Of a stretch of 64,000 nucleotides of DNA, positions 29,739-40,100 are shown in pieces. Origin of the DNA: Candidatus Latescibacterota bacterium (GTDB taxonomy: Bacteria > Latescibacterota > UBA2968 > GCA-2709665); the NCBI GenBank assembly GCA_965219455.1, contig OZ244744.1:1152001-1216000 (forward strand), written 5' to 3'. The notes under the pieces are model-generated. The model did no database searches and had not been told where the DNA came from. It worked only from the letters and a program-made list of their open reading frames with translations. A program made the position numbers and the translations under genes. Position 1 is the first letter of the stretch, and each line of letters begins with the position of its first letter.

Positions 29739-29800
29739 CCGGGACCGTTCGACCGTAACCGGTCTCACCCCCTCATCACCACCGCTCGAAAGCATTCTCT

Positions 29801-31072
29801 ATGCAGAGCCGGGTTGCGGTTTTAAAAACCAGACCAGGAACCGTCCTGAGAGATTATCACAGGCTTATGAACCTGGCAGGATACCAGGACGTCCTGGACA
29901 GGAAGCTCGACACCGCCCTGAAGGTCAATATTTCCTGGCATTTCTTTTACCCCGGCAGTTCCACGACGCCATGGCAACTCGAAGGCGTGATCCGCGCCAT
30001 GGCAAAAGACGGCTATCACAAGGACTTGATGCATGCATGCCACAACCGGACAGTCGTGATTGACGCCCGTCTGGGCGAGCGTGAGAACAAACAGGTCCAC
30101 GTCGTAAACACCCACGGCCTTCGGAATATCCACCTCTACGAAGGCGAAGAATGGATCCACATCCGGGATGCGGTGGGCAATCTCACCGACGAGTTCCTGT
30201 GCCTGAACCAGGTCTACCCCGAGGGCTTTCACATTCCCAGGCGCCTGATAGGGGAGAACATCGTCCACCTGCCCACCGTAAAGACCCACGTATTTACCAC
30301 CACAACCGGGGCCATGAAAAACGCCTTCGGCGGTCTCCTCAACGAACGGCGCCACTGGACCCATCCGGTCATCCACGAGACCCTGGTGGACCTGTTGATG
30401 ATCCAAAAGAGAATCCACCCCGGCGTATTCGCCGTAATGGACGGCACCTTTGCCGGAGACGGACCCGGCCCCAGATGTATGATACCCTATGCCAAAAATG
30501 TCATCCTGGCGGGCGCGGACCAGGTGGCCATCGATGCGGTGGCCGCTAAGATGATGGGGATGGATCCGCTTTCAATCAAATACATCCGGCTCGCGCACGA
30601 CCGCGGTCTGGGTTGCGGCGACCCGCGCCGGATTCAGATTGTGGGAGATCCGGCCGCGGCCGAAGAAAACTGGCAATTCGCAGGCCCCTTCCGTAAGATG
30701 ACCTTTGCCTCCCGAATGCAGCATAAAATCTACTGGGGGCCTCTCAAAAAGCCCGTCGAGTGGTCGCTCAAGACCTTCCTGGCGCCCTGGTCCTATCTCG
30801 CCAGCGTTCTCTACCACGACAGCTTCTGGTATCCGTTTTTCGCCAGGAAACGAATGCGGGAAGTTCTGGAAAGCGACTGGGGCCGGCTCTTCAGAAACTG
30901 GGAGGGCCTGGCCCCCTCGGAAGACGGATTCGAGAGCGTGGGAGATGCCGCCGCCGAGATCCGCCGCACCGGGTTCACCGCCTTCAGGCGTTCCCTTGGC
31001 ATCCTTGTTTCCTGTGTTCGAGAAGCGCCGGAATTTCTCACCCTGCGAAAGAGGCAGACCAGGCAGAAGTGA
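29801..31072 (+). CDS. DUF362 domain protein
   Basis: LKVNISW, LPTVKTH..T..TGAMKN.FG, DG...G.GP and DQVAIDAVAA..MG.DP motifs. Confidence 0.85.
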   Translation: MQSRVAVLKTRPGTVLRDYHRLMNLAGYQDVLDRKLDTALKVNISWHFFYPGSSTTPWQLEGVIRAMAKDGYHKDLMHACHNRTVVIDARLGERENKQVHVVNTHGLRNIHLYEGEEWIHIRDAVGNLTDEFLCLNQVYPEGFHIPRRLIGENIVHLPTVKTHVFTTTTGAMKNAFGGLLNERRHWTHPVIHETLVDLLMIQKRIHPGVFAVMDGTFAGDGPGPRCMIPYAKNVILAGADQVAIDAVAAKMMGMDPLSIKYIRLAHDRGLGCGDPRRIQIVGDPAAAEENWQFAGPFRKMTFASRMQHKIYWGPLKKPVEWSLKTFLAPWSYLASVLYHDSFWYPFFARKRMREVLESDWGRLFRNWEGLAPSEDGFESVGDAAAEIRRTGFTAFRRSLGILVSCVREAPEFLTLRKRQTRQK

Positions 31073-32190
31073 GGCGTCGTCCACGTTCCATGCGTGTTCC
31101 TTCCACCGATCCGTTGGTCGCCGCCATCCGGCGCATCGCTCCCACCGCCGTTCCCGGTGCGTTCTCGGTTACGGAGATCCAGCCCGTTCCCCGGCATCCC
31201 AACGTCTGGAAAGTCGAACTCGGGAACGGATCACTCCTCGTCGCCAAACACCACGTATTCGCTCCCCTGGCACGCGGCAAACCCCACGACCTGCTGGCCG
31301 TTGAGCAACTTGCCCACGCGCGCCTTTTCGGGGCGCCCGTCCCCAGGCTCTATGCCGCCGATAATGACCACGACCTGGTCTTTTTTGAATGGTGCGGCGA
31401 CCACACGCTCGACGACGTCTGTCAGGATGGCGTCGCGGAAGTCTACGGCAGTCTCGCCGTGGAGGGTTTTTCCCGAATTCAATCCGTCTTTCACGCACAG
31501 GGCGACGTTTTCGCCCCGCGAACCGTTCCCGGCTGCCACCGGCCGGATCTGCGGCGGACCTGGCGCCGCGCCACCCAGCCGCTGATCCGGGACGTGCCAC
31601 GCCTTGCGGAGCGACTTTCAGGGCCCGTGGCCATCCACCGTATAGCGCGATTCCGAAAGGCGCTCTCCGACCTTCTCGAAAACCTCGACCGCGCCGCGCC
31701 GCTGCCCGGTCCTACCGACTATCACGCCCGCAATATCGTCATTAATCCAGCCGACCGGACTCTCCGATTTATTGAATTCTCCAAGATCGGCTGGGATTGG
31801 CCCGAACGTCGGCTGACCCAGTACACAACCTCGCACGGCGCCGGACGACCGGACGGCAGAACTTACAGCGCGCTTACGCCTGCTCTTAACACGCGATATG
31901 CCGCCCTGACAACCGAATACCGTGCAGAGTCGGAGACGGAGATTGCGGCCCTGCTGGACGGGCACCACTTTATCTTCCACCTCCTCGCCGCCCGGTCTCT
32001 CCTCGATGCCCTGCGGAATCCCCACCACCCGCTGCTGAACAGCTGGCGCAATCCGGAAGCCCGCCTGGAGCAGCTTCGGCGAATTCTCACTTTGTCCCTC
32101 AGCGCCGATCCCCGCACCACGGAACTCCGATCCTTTTTCGAACGTCGACTCAATCGCCCGTCCCGTACGGGGGCGGCGGGCTTACCTTGA
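31069..32190 (+). CDS. APH/choline-kinase-like phosphotransferase-fold protein
   Basis: VAK, PVPRLY, FEWCG, TDYHARNI (Brenner-like) and FIEF motifs; start is GTG 31069 (overlapping the upstream stop) or ATG 31090. Confidence 0.7.
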   Translation: MRRRPRSMRVPSTDPLVAAIRRIAPTAVPGAFSVTEIQPVPRHPNVWKVELGNGSLLVAKHHVFAPLARGKPHDLLAVEQLAHARLFGAPVPRLYAADNDHDLVFFEWCGDHTLDDVCQDGVAEVYGSLAVEGFSRIQSVFHAQGDVFAPRTVPGCHRPDLRRTWRRATQPLIRDVPRLAERLSGPVAIHRIARFRKALSDLLENLDRAAPLPGPTDYHARNIVINPADRTLRFIEFSKIGWDWPERRLTQYTTSHGAGRPDGRTYSALTPALNTRYAALTTEYRAESETEIAALLDGHHFIFHLLAARSLLDALRNPHHPLLNSWRNPEARLEQLRRILTLSLSADPRTTELRSFFERRLNRPSRTGAAGLP

Positions 32191-32262
32191 AGAAGAATCC
32201 GTTCGGCGTGTTTGCTCCCAACGCCCGACCGGGGTGGATCGCGACATGAACGCGCAAAATGG

Positions 32263-32291
32263 TTGACAACCCACCGGAATTGGCATATCGT
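32263..32291 (+). promoter_or_regulatory. Putative sigma70 promoter
   Basis: TTGACA - 17 nt - TATCGT, upstream of the gene at 32353. Confidence 0.5.
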
Positions 32292-32352
32292 AAATTCAGG
32301 GGGCAGTGCGCACCCCTAACCCTTTTTCCGTCTCGTAAATCATCTCACAATT

Positions 32353-33366
32353 ATGTGTTCATTCCTGCCGCCGGGCAAACTCCCGCTCGAAATGCTCTCC
32401 GGCCTGCTGCGCGATTGCACAGCAGAGGACGAACGCGTTCTGGTGGGTCCGGAGGTGGGCGAGGACGCCGCCGTCATCGACTTCGGCAAGACCTGCCTGG
32501 TGGTCAAGACGGACCCGATAACCTTCGCAACGGACGAAATCGGCCACTACGCGGTCCACGTCAACGCCAACGACGTCGCCACAATGGGCGCCGTTCCCCG
32601 CTGGTTCCTGGCCACGCTGCTGCTGCCCGAAAACCAGACGCACGAAACGCTGGTTCGAACCATCTTCGACTCGCTCCGCCGCGCAACACGTGAGATCGGC
32701 GTTACTCTCTGCGGCGGCCATACCGAAATCACAGCAGGTCTGGACCGGCCGATTGTCGTTGGTCAGATGCTGGGCGAAGTCTCGCGCGATAACCTCGTTC
32801 GGTCGAGCGGACTTCAGGTGGGCGACGGCATTCTGCTGACCAAGGGGCTGGGGATCGAAGCCACCGCCATCCTGGCCAGGGAGAAAGAAGCAGAACTGCG
32901 TGACCGGGGATTCGATCCCGACCTGCTTGAGAAGGCACGCGGATACCTTCGCGACCCGGGAATCAGTATTCTTAAAGAGGCTCGCATCGCCTGCGAAACC
33001 GCTTCGGTACACGCGATGCACGACCCCACCGAAGGCGGCGTTGCCACTGCGCTGCGGGAGCTCGCGGCCGCTTCGAACCGCGGACTTTCCGTGGACGCAG
33101 AGGCGCTTTTCGCCTCGGAAGAAACGCGCCTCCTCTGCGACGCCTTCCAGCTCGATCCGCTGGGCGTCATCTCCTCGGGCGCGCTGCTCCTCGGACTGGC
33201 GCCGGAAGACGCCGGCCCGGTTCGCAATGCGATCCGGGCAGCGGACATCCCCTGCGAGATCATCGGCCGCGTGGAATCACGCGAATTCGGACTCAGACTA
33301 CGCGAAGACGACCGCTGGAACGACCTCCCCGAATTCGACCGGGATGAAATCGGCAAGATCTTCTGA
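32353..33366 (+). CDS. AIR synthase-related (PurM/HypE/ThiL superfamily) protein
   Basis: GEDAAV, TDPIT, NANDVA..GA.P, GGHTE, MHDPTEGG and ISSGALL motifs. Confidence 0.9.
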   Translation: MCSFLPPGKLPLEMLSGLLRDCTAEDERVLVGPEVGEDAAVIDFGKTCLVVKTDPITFATDEIGHYAVHVNANDVATMGAVPRWFLATLLLPENQTHETLVRTIFDSLRRATREIGVTLCGGHTEITAGLDRPIVVGQMLGEVSRDNLVRSSGLQVGDGILLTKGLGIEATAILAREKEAELRDRGFDPDLLEKARGYLRDPGISILKEARIACETASVHAMHDPTEGGVATALRELAAASNRGLSVDAEALFASEETRLLCDAFQLDPLGVISSGALLLGLAPEDAGPVRNAIRAADIPCEIIGRVESREFGLRLREDDRWNDLPEFDRDEIGKIF

Positions 33367-33396
33367 TCCGGGTCGGTTGTCTTGTCCTGGAAACTC

Positions 33397-33579
33397 CCCA
33401 CCCCCATTACGTCCCCTATTCCCTTGCCCTTTTTCTTGCTTCGCCCAAGAAAAAGGGCGAAAAAGAAGGGCGCCGCTCGGCGCGGGGCCGGTTTTTCCAC
33501 GAATCTCGGCAGTGGCGTAGACTTGCGAATTTGCCCTGCATACCCATACGGTCCCACGGTGTTTCAGCGCTGAACGGAA
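33397..33579 (-). repeat. Structured intergenic repeat, inverted relative of 2235-2435
   Basis: Hairpin gccctttttcttg...caagaaaaagggc followed by cgccgctcggcgcggggcc. Confidence 0.55.
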
Positions 33580-33771
33580 TAACGTGGAAAAACCCCCCAC
33601 TCAGCCACCGGACGGTCGTGAGTCTTCGAGGCAAGGACCTCCGATTGAATTTGCGCCTGTCCCGGCTTTTGCTGAACGCTGATAGCTGAATCTGCTTGTG
33701 CGTATTTGACTTAACGCATAAATTGTGAATCGACATCCCCGTTTCTTATCGTCATTACAGGAGCAGGCATT

Positions 33772-34929
33772 GTGACGGATCAAGACCGCTTCACCTTCCA
33801 TTCCCCCACCCGTCTTTTTGTCGGCCGCGGCAGCGTCTCGGAAATCCCGCAGCTTCTCTCCGAACGCCCCGAGAAAAAGGCCCTCGTCGTCACCGACAAG
33901 GGCCTCGTCAAAGCCGGCGTGGCGCAACAGTCCATCCGTGTACTGGAGACCGCCGGCATTCCGTTTGTGGTCTACGACGGCGTGGAGGAAAACCCGCCGG
34001 CCCACGTCGTTCATGCCTGTTTCGACCTTTACGAGTCAGCAGGCTGCGACTGGTTGCTGGCCATCGGCGGGGGTTCGTCGATGGACACCGCCAAGTGCGC
34101 GGGAGTGCTGGCTGCCAACGGGGGAAGGATCGAAGACCACTTCGGGTTGCTTCGGGATCGGAAACGGGTGCCCTACCTGCTGTGCGTGCCCACCACCTAC
34201 GGCACCGCCAGCGAAGTCACCCCGTTCGCCGTCGTCACGGACAACAACCACTTCAAAGCGACTGTGGGCGGCCCTCACGTGATTCCCGACGTCGGTATAC
34301 TCGACGCCAATGCGGCCGTCGCCCTGCCCATGCCCATCGCCGCCGCCACCGGGATGGACGCGCTCACCCATGCAGTGGAATCCTACGTGGCCCTTGCGTC
34401 CAACCCCATATCCGACGGCCTGGCCCTGCATGCCATCCGGCTTGTTGCGCGAAACCTGCGGCAGGCAGCGGCAAGCCACCACAATTACAGGGCCACCGAA
34501 CAGATGTTGCTCGCCAGCAATATGGCGGGCATCGCCTTCTCCCAGACGCGCCTTGGCAATGTCCACGCGATGTCGCATGCCGTAGGCGGCCACTACGGGG
34601 TCCCTCACGGCGTCGCCAACGCCATCCTTCTCACACGGGTCATGGATTTCAACAAAGTCGCATGCCCCGAACGTTTCGCCGATATCGCCGTTGCAATGGG
34701 TGAGAATATCGAAGGCCTGTCGCCCGTGGAAGCCGCCGACGTCGCCGTGGAAGCCGTGAAATCGCTGGCGGCGGAAGTCGGCATACCAGAATCCCTTACC
34801 GAAGTCGGCGTCGCGCCGCAGGGTATTTCCGTCCTGGCGGAAGATGCGATGAAAAGCGGAAATATCCAGATCAACCCGCGCCACACCACCCTCAAGGACA
34901 TCATTGCGTTGTACGAAGCCGCCATGTGA
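33772..34929 (+). CDS. Iron-containing alcohol dehydrogenase
   Basis: GGGSSMDTAK, PTTYGTASEVT, DALTHAVE and HAMSH...PHG motifs. Confidence 0.93.
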   Translation: MTDQDRFTFHSPTRLFVGRGSVSEIPQLLSERPEKKALVVTDKGLVKAGVAQQSIRVLETAGIPFVVYDGVEENPPAHVVHACFDLYESAGCDWLLAIGGGSSMDTAKCAGVLAANGGRIEDHFGLLRDRKRVPYLLCVPTTYGTASEVTPFAVVTDNNHFKATVGGPHVIPDVGILDANAAVALPMPIAAATGMDALTHAVESYVALASNPISDGLALHAIRLVARNLRQAAASHHNYRATEQMLLASNMAGIAFSQTRLGNVHAMSHAVGGHYGVPHGVANAILLTRVMDFNKVACPERFADIAVAMGENIEGLSPVEAADVAVEAVKSLAAEVGIPESLTEVGVAPQGISVLAEDAMKSGNIQINPRHTTLKDIIALYEAAM

Positions 34930-34960
34930 ATTTTCGTCGCGTCCGATCGCGAGCGGCTAA

Positions 34961-35147
34961 CAGTCCGTTGAAAAAGTCGCTCTGCAGGCGAGGCCGAGTC
35001 ATTGTGGCCGAAGACAAGGCGTGCGACCGCGTCGAATCGGGGATTCGGGGAGGGAGCGCAACGCAGTAATTCGGCCACAAGGGCCGGACGCCTGTCTGCG
35101 TGCGTACGCACAGGCAGGCAGCCCGGATGGACTTTTTCAACGGGCTG
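34961..35147. mobile_element. Full-length MITE family A with CTAA target duplication
   Basis: TIRs cagtccgttgaaaaagtc / gactttttcaacgggctg; CTAA at 34957-34960 and 35148-35151; internal REP at 35090-35119. Confidence 0.85.
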
Positions 35148-35207
35148 CTAAGGCATTAACGCGGGACTCAATTCCAGACTTTCGTCATCTAACACCGGAG
35201 GCTCCAC

Positions 35208-36506
35208 ATGCAATACCCCCACATGTTTCGGATTCGCCAGCGCTTCGACGCGCCGTGCGTTGACGATATTCCGGGCGCCACGCGGCACGAAATCCGGAAT
35301 CTCAACCCCGGCGAAACCATCAGGCCCGGGCACACCGTAGCGATTGCCGCGGGATCCCGGGGCATCGCCAACCTCGACACGGTTATCGCTACGCTCGTCG
35401 AAGAGATGGTCGCGCTTGGCGCCAGGCCCTTTATCGTTCCGGCGATGGGCAGCCACGGCGGCGGCACAGCCGAGGGCCAGGCGGAGATTCTGGCGGGGTA
35501 CGGCATCACAGAAGAAACCGTCGGCGCCCCCGTCAAATCCTCTATGGACGTTATTGAAATCGGCGTTACCGATTTCGGCATGCCGGTCTATTTCGACAAA
35601 TGTGCCTCGGAAGCCGATCACGTGGTCGTTGTCAACCGCGTCAAACCCCACACCGGCTTCGTCGGCGAGATCGAAAGCGGCCTGATGAAAATGATGCTCA
35701 TCGGCCTGGGCAAGCACAAAGGCGCCACCATTTACCACCGGGCAATCATCCACCATTCCTTCGACAAGATCGTACGCGTTGTGGGGAAGACGGTCAGGGA
35801 AAAAATGCCGATCACATTCGGCATCGCCCTGCTCGAAAACGGCTACGACGAAACGGCGCATGTTGCCGCCATTCCCGCGCCGGATTTTGAAAACGTGGAA
35901 AAGGAGCTTCTGGTCAAAGCCAAGGCCTGGTGTCCCCGACTGCCCTTCGACGACGTGGACCTGCTGATCATCGACGAGATGGGTAAAGACATCAGCGGCT
36001 CCGGCATCGATACCAACGTGGTGGGGCGTAAACGCAACGAACGCAGAGCGCTGGACGGAGACACCCCCCACGTCCTGCGGCTCTTCGTCCGGGATCTCAC
36101 GGAAAAAACCCACGGCAACGCCGTGGGAGTTGGTATGGCCGAATTTACCACAGACCGCCTGGTCGAGAAAATCGACTACCACGCGACGAACATCAACGCC
36201 ATTACCGGACAGCACCCCCCGGCGGCCTCCATCCCCATGCATTTCCCCACCGACGAGGAAGTCCTCCATATCGCGCTCGAATCCGTCGGGCTCATCGAGG
36301 CGTCGGACGCCCGTGTGCTCTGGATCAAGAACACGCTGGACCTGGGCGAAGTGGAAGCCTCCACCGCCTACCTGGAGATGGCCGAAATGCGGGACAACCT
36401 GGACATCCTGGTTGGCCCCCGCCAACTCGAACTCGGCCCCGACCGCAACCTCCCTCCCATCGAGGTCTTCGCGCGCAAGGCGCCGGAATTGGTCGCCGCG
36501 GATTGA
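35208..36506 (+). CDS. LarA-superfamily (lactate racemase domain) protein
   Basis: GSRGI, PAMGSHGG, NRVKPHT, ESGL.KM..IGLGK..GA and GKDISGSGID.NV motifs. Confidence 0.82.
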   Translation: MQYPHMFRIRQRFDAPCVDDIPGATRHEIRNLNPGETIRPGHTVAIAAGSRGIANLDTVIATLVEEMVALGARPFIVPAMGSHGGGTAEGQAEILAGYGITEETVGAPVKSSMDVIEIGVTDFGMPVYFDKCASEADHVVVVNRVKPHTGFVGEIESGLMKMMLIGLGKHKGATIYHRAIIHHSFDKIVRVVGKTVREKMPITFGIALLENGYDETAHVAAIPAPDFENVEKELLVKAKAWCPRLPFDDVDLLIIDEMGKDISGSGIDTNVVGRKRNERRALDGDTPHVLRLFVRDLTEKTHGNAVGVGMAEFTTDRLVEKIDYHATNINAITGQHPPAASIPMHFPTDEEVLHIALESVGLIEASDARVLWIKNTLDLGEVEASTAYLEMAEMRDNLDILVGPRQLELGPDRNLPPIEVFARKAPELVAAD

Positions 36507-36548
36507 TGGCGGCGGCTGGTGATTCGGTGTGGCGTGCCGTGTTTTGAG

Positions 36549-36604
36549 CCTGGGTGCGCGGGCATCTTGCCCGCACGGGTGGGCGGAATGCCAACGTTCC
36601 AGGG
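36549..36604. repeat. REP doublet (CTGGGxGCGCGGGCATCTTGCCCGC family), degenerate
   Basis: cctgggtgcgcgggcatcttgcccgc with a degenerate inverted partner gggcggaatgccaacgttccagg. Confidence 0.6.
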
Positions 36605-36883
36605 TTCACTCGCAATTGGGCTAAAGAGGCGTGGCCGGTCCGCCGCGACATCCGGTAAGTTGGGTCTCTCTGCGGTGCGGCGGCCTGCATGCGTAGCGTA
36701 CTGCGCTGCAAGCACGTTACGGATTTCTGACGAATCGACGCTGGATTCCAAAACGATAGTCGAGCCCACCCACCAGAGCGTTGCTTCGGTATCATAATGC
36801 CTTTGGTAGGTTTCGCATGAGGCACGACAAATTTCGCGTGCGGAGATTTCCAGCACGTGTGACTCACGATAGGGACAAACACT

Positions 36884-37093
36884 ATGGATTGGCGCGATCA
36901 TATCACAGGGGATCCCGAGATTTTCCATGGTAAGGCGTGTATCGCCGGTACGCGGGTCCTCGTGACCACGGTTTAGGATAATCTTGCGTCGGGCCTGAAT
37001 ACCGAAGAAATTTCGAAGAGTTACACGTCGGTTTCGCGCGAAGCCGTCCTGGCGGCGATCGCCTATGCCGCGGCACTGGCCAACGAACAGTAG
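36884..37093 (+). pseudogene. DUF433-family antitoxin-like pseudogene
   Basis: Translates MDWRDHITGDPEIFHGKACIAGTRVLVTTV*DNLASGLNTEEISKSYTSVSREAVLAAIAYAAALANEQ, with an in-frame TAG at 36974. Absent from the ORF track. Confidence 0.8.
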
Positions 37094-37160
37094 TCACCAT
37101 AGGTAGATGAACAGCGAATGGTACCTGGAATCAAGATTCATTAGACATTGAGGGTTTTAT

Positions 37161-40100
37161 ATGAGCGATCCGAATAGACGTAATAGCGAAAACCTCAAGG
37201 ATACACGGTGGGCTAGTGTTATCGAGGATTTGCGCCAATGGCCATCCGATGCTTCGGAATGGGAATCAGACCAGGTCGGAGGATTCGTCGAACAGGTACG
37301 GCTACTTGCCGAGCAGAAGTGCGACGAACAGAAGAAAGCGGGGCGGCTCCATCTCCAACAGGCGTTGGACCAATTGCGAGAAGTCTACGCCAGAGAAATA
37401 GCGTTTTTTGGATTCGAAAGCCTAGGCATAGCCAATTGGCAAGCGGCCAATTGCCCTGCTGATCATGTTTCAGAACGTGCGAAAACGGTCGGAAGTCTGC
37501 AGGAGCAGCTAAATGGGCTTCGCTTGTTAAAGCAACAATCGCCTGAAAACTTCCAAGAAACCCGCAAGCATCGGACGGACTTGAACGACACGGAAGATCG
37601 GATAAACTCACTTGCGATGCAACTCGACCAGGAGTTTGCGGTGGCCGAACCGGAGCCACAACAGACTCTGGATGAGGAAGTTGAAGACGAAGACGATCCC
37701 GGCACGGAACCCCCTAAGCCCGGAAAAGGCACGTCTGGTGACCGCCCAGATTCTGACGAACAACAGGAGGCCAAAAAAGAATCTCGTCAAACCGAAGACG
37801 AATCCAAAAAGGAAACCAGTTTAAAAGAACAAGGTGCCGAAGCTGAACTTTCAGACAAGCAAGAAGTGTCCGAACCAAAGCATTCCCAGCCGGCCGCGCC
37901 TGAACCTCAACCCAAAGATGGAACGCCAACGAAGTTGCGATCGGTTAGGGATGCGGCCGTCCGATTACAGGAAGACAAATCAGATGAGAACTGGGAATCG
38001 TTGGGCTGGAGCCTATTGGCTGAAGAGGATTGGACCGGAGCCTATTGGCTTGCTCATTCTCTGAAAGCAGCAGGCCGCGACGTACCTGTCGCGCCTGAAT
38101 TGCTTTCTGTGCTTCAGGGATCGCGCTGGTTGAAAAATGATACCGACAGTCTAGTCCGCGGCATCTTGGAAATCGCTTCGGATTGGGCTCCTCAAACGAC
38201 TGCGGAAAAGCTACTTGGGTTGGCTGCGGCATTGCGCCCGAGCTTAATTGCCCCATACGCGGGACTCGTCGGTTGGCTCCCTCAAAGGGAGGAAATCAAT
38301 CCTGCGTTGGGCGAATTCGCTGACGCCATCCGCACTTTTGCCCGCGCTGGCTATCCTTTGCAAAGCGAAAATCTGCAGGGAGTTGAAAATCAGGCCGATA
38401 TCGCGGAGAGAATTGCAAATATCGGAAAGCAGGCCCAAAGCCTCCTAGCGAACAATCGAGGCCGTAAATTAAAGATGCTAAGGGCGACAAACGTCCTGCG
38501 TCGTTTGGTGGACCGAGGAGGTGATTTAAACCTCCTATTAACCCCGGTTGTCGAAAATCGCGCCGACGAAATCGATCAGGTGCGGCAGCGCATAAAAGAC
38601 TTCGAAGGGCGCAGGATTGAAGAACGCATCCATCAGATCGACCGAGAGCGAGCGACTGCCCGACCATCCAGACCGATCACTGGCGTTCCTCGCGATCAAT
38701 TGGCACGAAGCATCGAAGAGGCTGTGACGGTAGCGGACCACTGGAGTTCCTTGATTGAGCGGGAAGAGCTAATCAGTACCAAGGGCGACTGGTGGACCGA
38801 TCACGTGAAGGAGCTGCGTGACCGAGCAAGAGATATCCTGCCGGACGTTGAAGCCGAACTTGAGCGAATGCAACGACAGGATCAAAACCCAAAGGAGGCC
38901 GCTTGTGGCCGCGTATTGCAAAAGGCCACAGGGGAAGTTACAGCTATGCTGGGTCTAGATGAACAACACGACAATGAAGACCCGCAAGCCTGGATGTGTA
39001 CCCAAAGCGGCTCATTGAATCGGGCGTTGGCGCGACGTCTGCTGTCGATCCCAGAAGTGTCCCTTGACGACGACGGCTATCCTAGTGAGGATCATATGGC
39101 CGAAATCGCCACGTTCTTGCGCCAATCGCTAGCTGAGGAACGTGTGTTAATTACGGCCTGTAACATTCGCATTGAAAGACAGGATTTTCGCTTCACCGAT
39201 GTATTGCGGAATGCATTGAAGGACGACGAGGAACGCAGGGTATTTGAGGATCGAAACGAAGAGGCTCTCAATGGATCCCGGACGGCTCTATTGGAAAGGG
39301 TCGCCAAAGTGAGGGGCGTGATCGAACAGGGTATGGTGGACGGGCTGCTGGTTGAACAAGAACGTACCACTATGAGTGCCGAGTTGGAAACGGCGGCCAT
39401 TGAAGAGCCTTTGTGTTTCGGACCCCTGTTCCGACGGTTAGCTGATATTGAGCGGCAATTGAACCAAAAGCGCGCCGACCGACTGCAAGAGTTGGAGAGT
39501 AAATGGGCACACATTCGGCAAGTGCTAGAGCAAAAGATTCAAGTTGAGCAGCTAAAAGCAGTAGAGGCATTTATCCATAGAGCTTTTCAACAGAGCGATA
39601 CCAGAGTCGTAGACGAAGGCTTAGCCCACCTACGCGAAGTCCTCCAAGGTGAGGTTGAATGGGAGAGTGGGTGGTTTGCCCCACCGGACGAGCGTGACAT
39701 CTTAAAGGAGTTCCTAGATGCTAGTTCGGGTATCGAATCCGGGCTTTCCAGTTTGGGGAGTGTCAATCAATTGGCCAGTGTGATCGAGAAAGGCAAAACT
39801 TGGGGAAAGGTGGCGTTCGGTGAGTTACCCAAGACCCGCAGAGATGAAGCCGTCAGGGCACTTAAATCCTGGCACGTACTCAAACGCCATCAGGACCAGC
39901 CAACAGTTGCCCATCGGCATGTACCGGTCTTGTTGGCATATCTTGGTTTTCATCTACAGGAGAAAGAATCGGCCGTCAGTGTGAAGAATCGCGGCCGGGA
40001 TTGGCTCCACTGCGAGGTAGATGCGTCGGCCAGCGATCTCGCACGGCCGATCCCTCAGCTGGGCTCGCAAGCCATTGGCTGCTACAATGTGGTATGTCTC

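Noticed and set aside
12150-36425. Long minus-strand ORFs (e.g. 12150-13322, 13897-15144, 17929-19158, 26301-27890, 35148-36425)
   Set aside because: Antisense shadows of well-supported GC-rich plus-strand genes, with no recognisable motifs.
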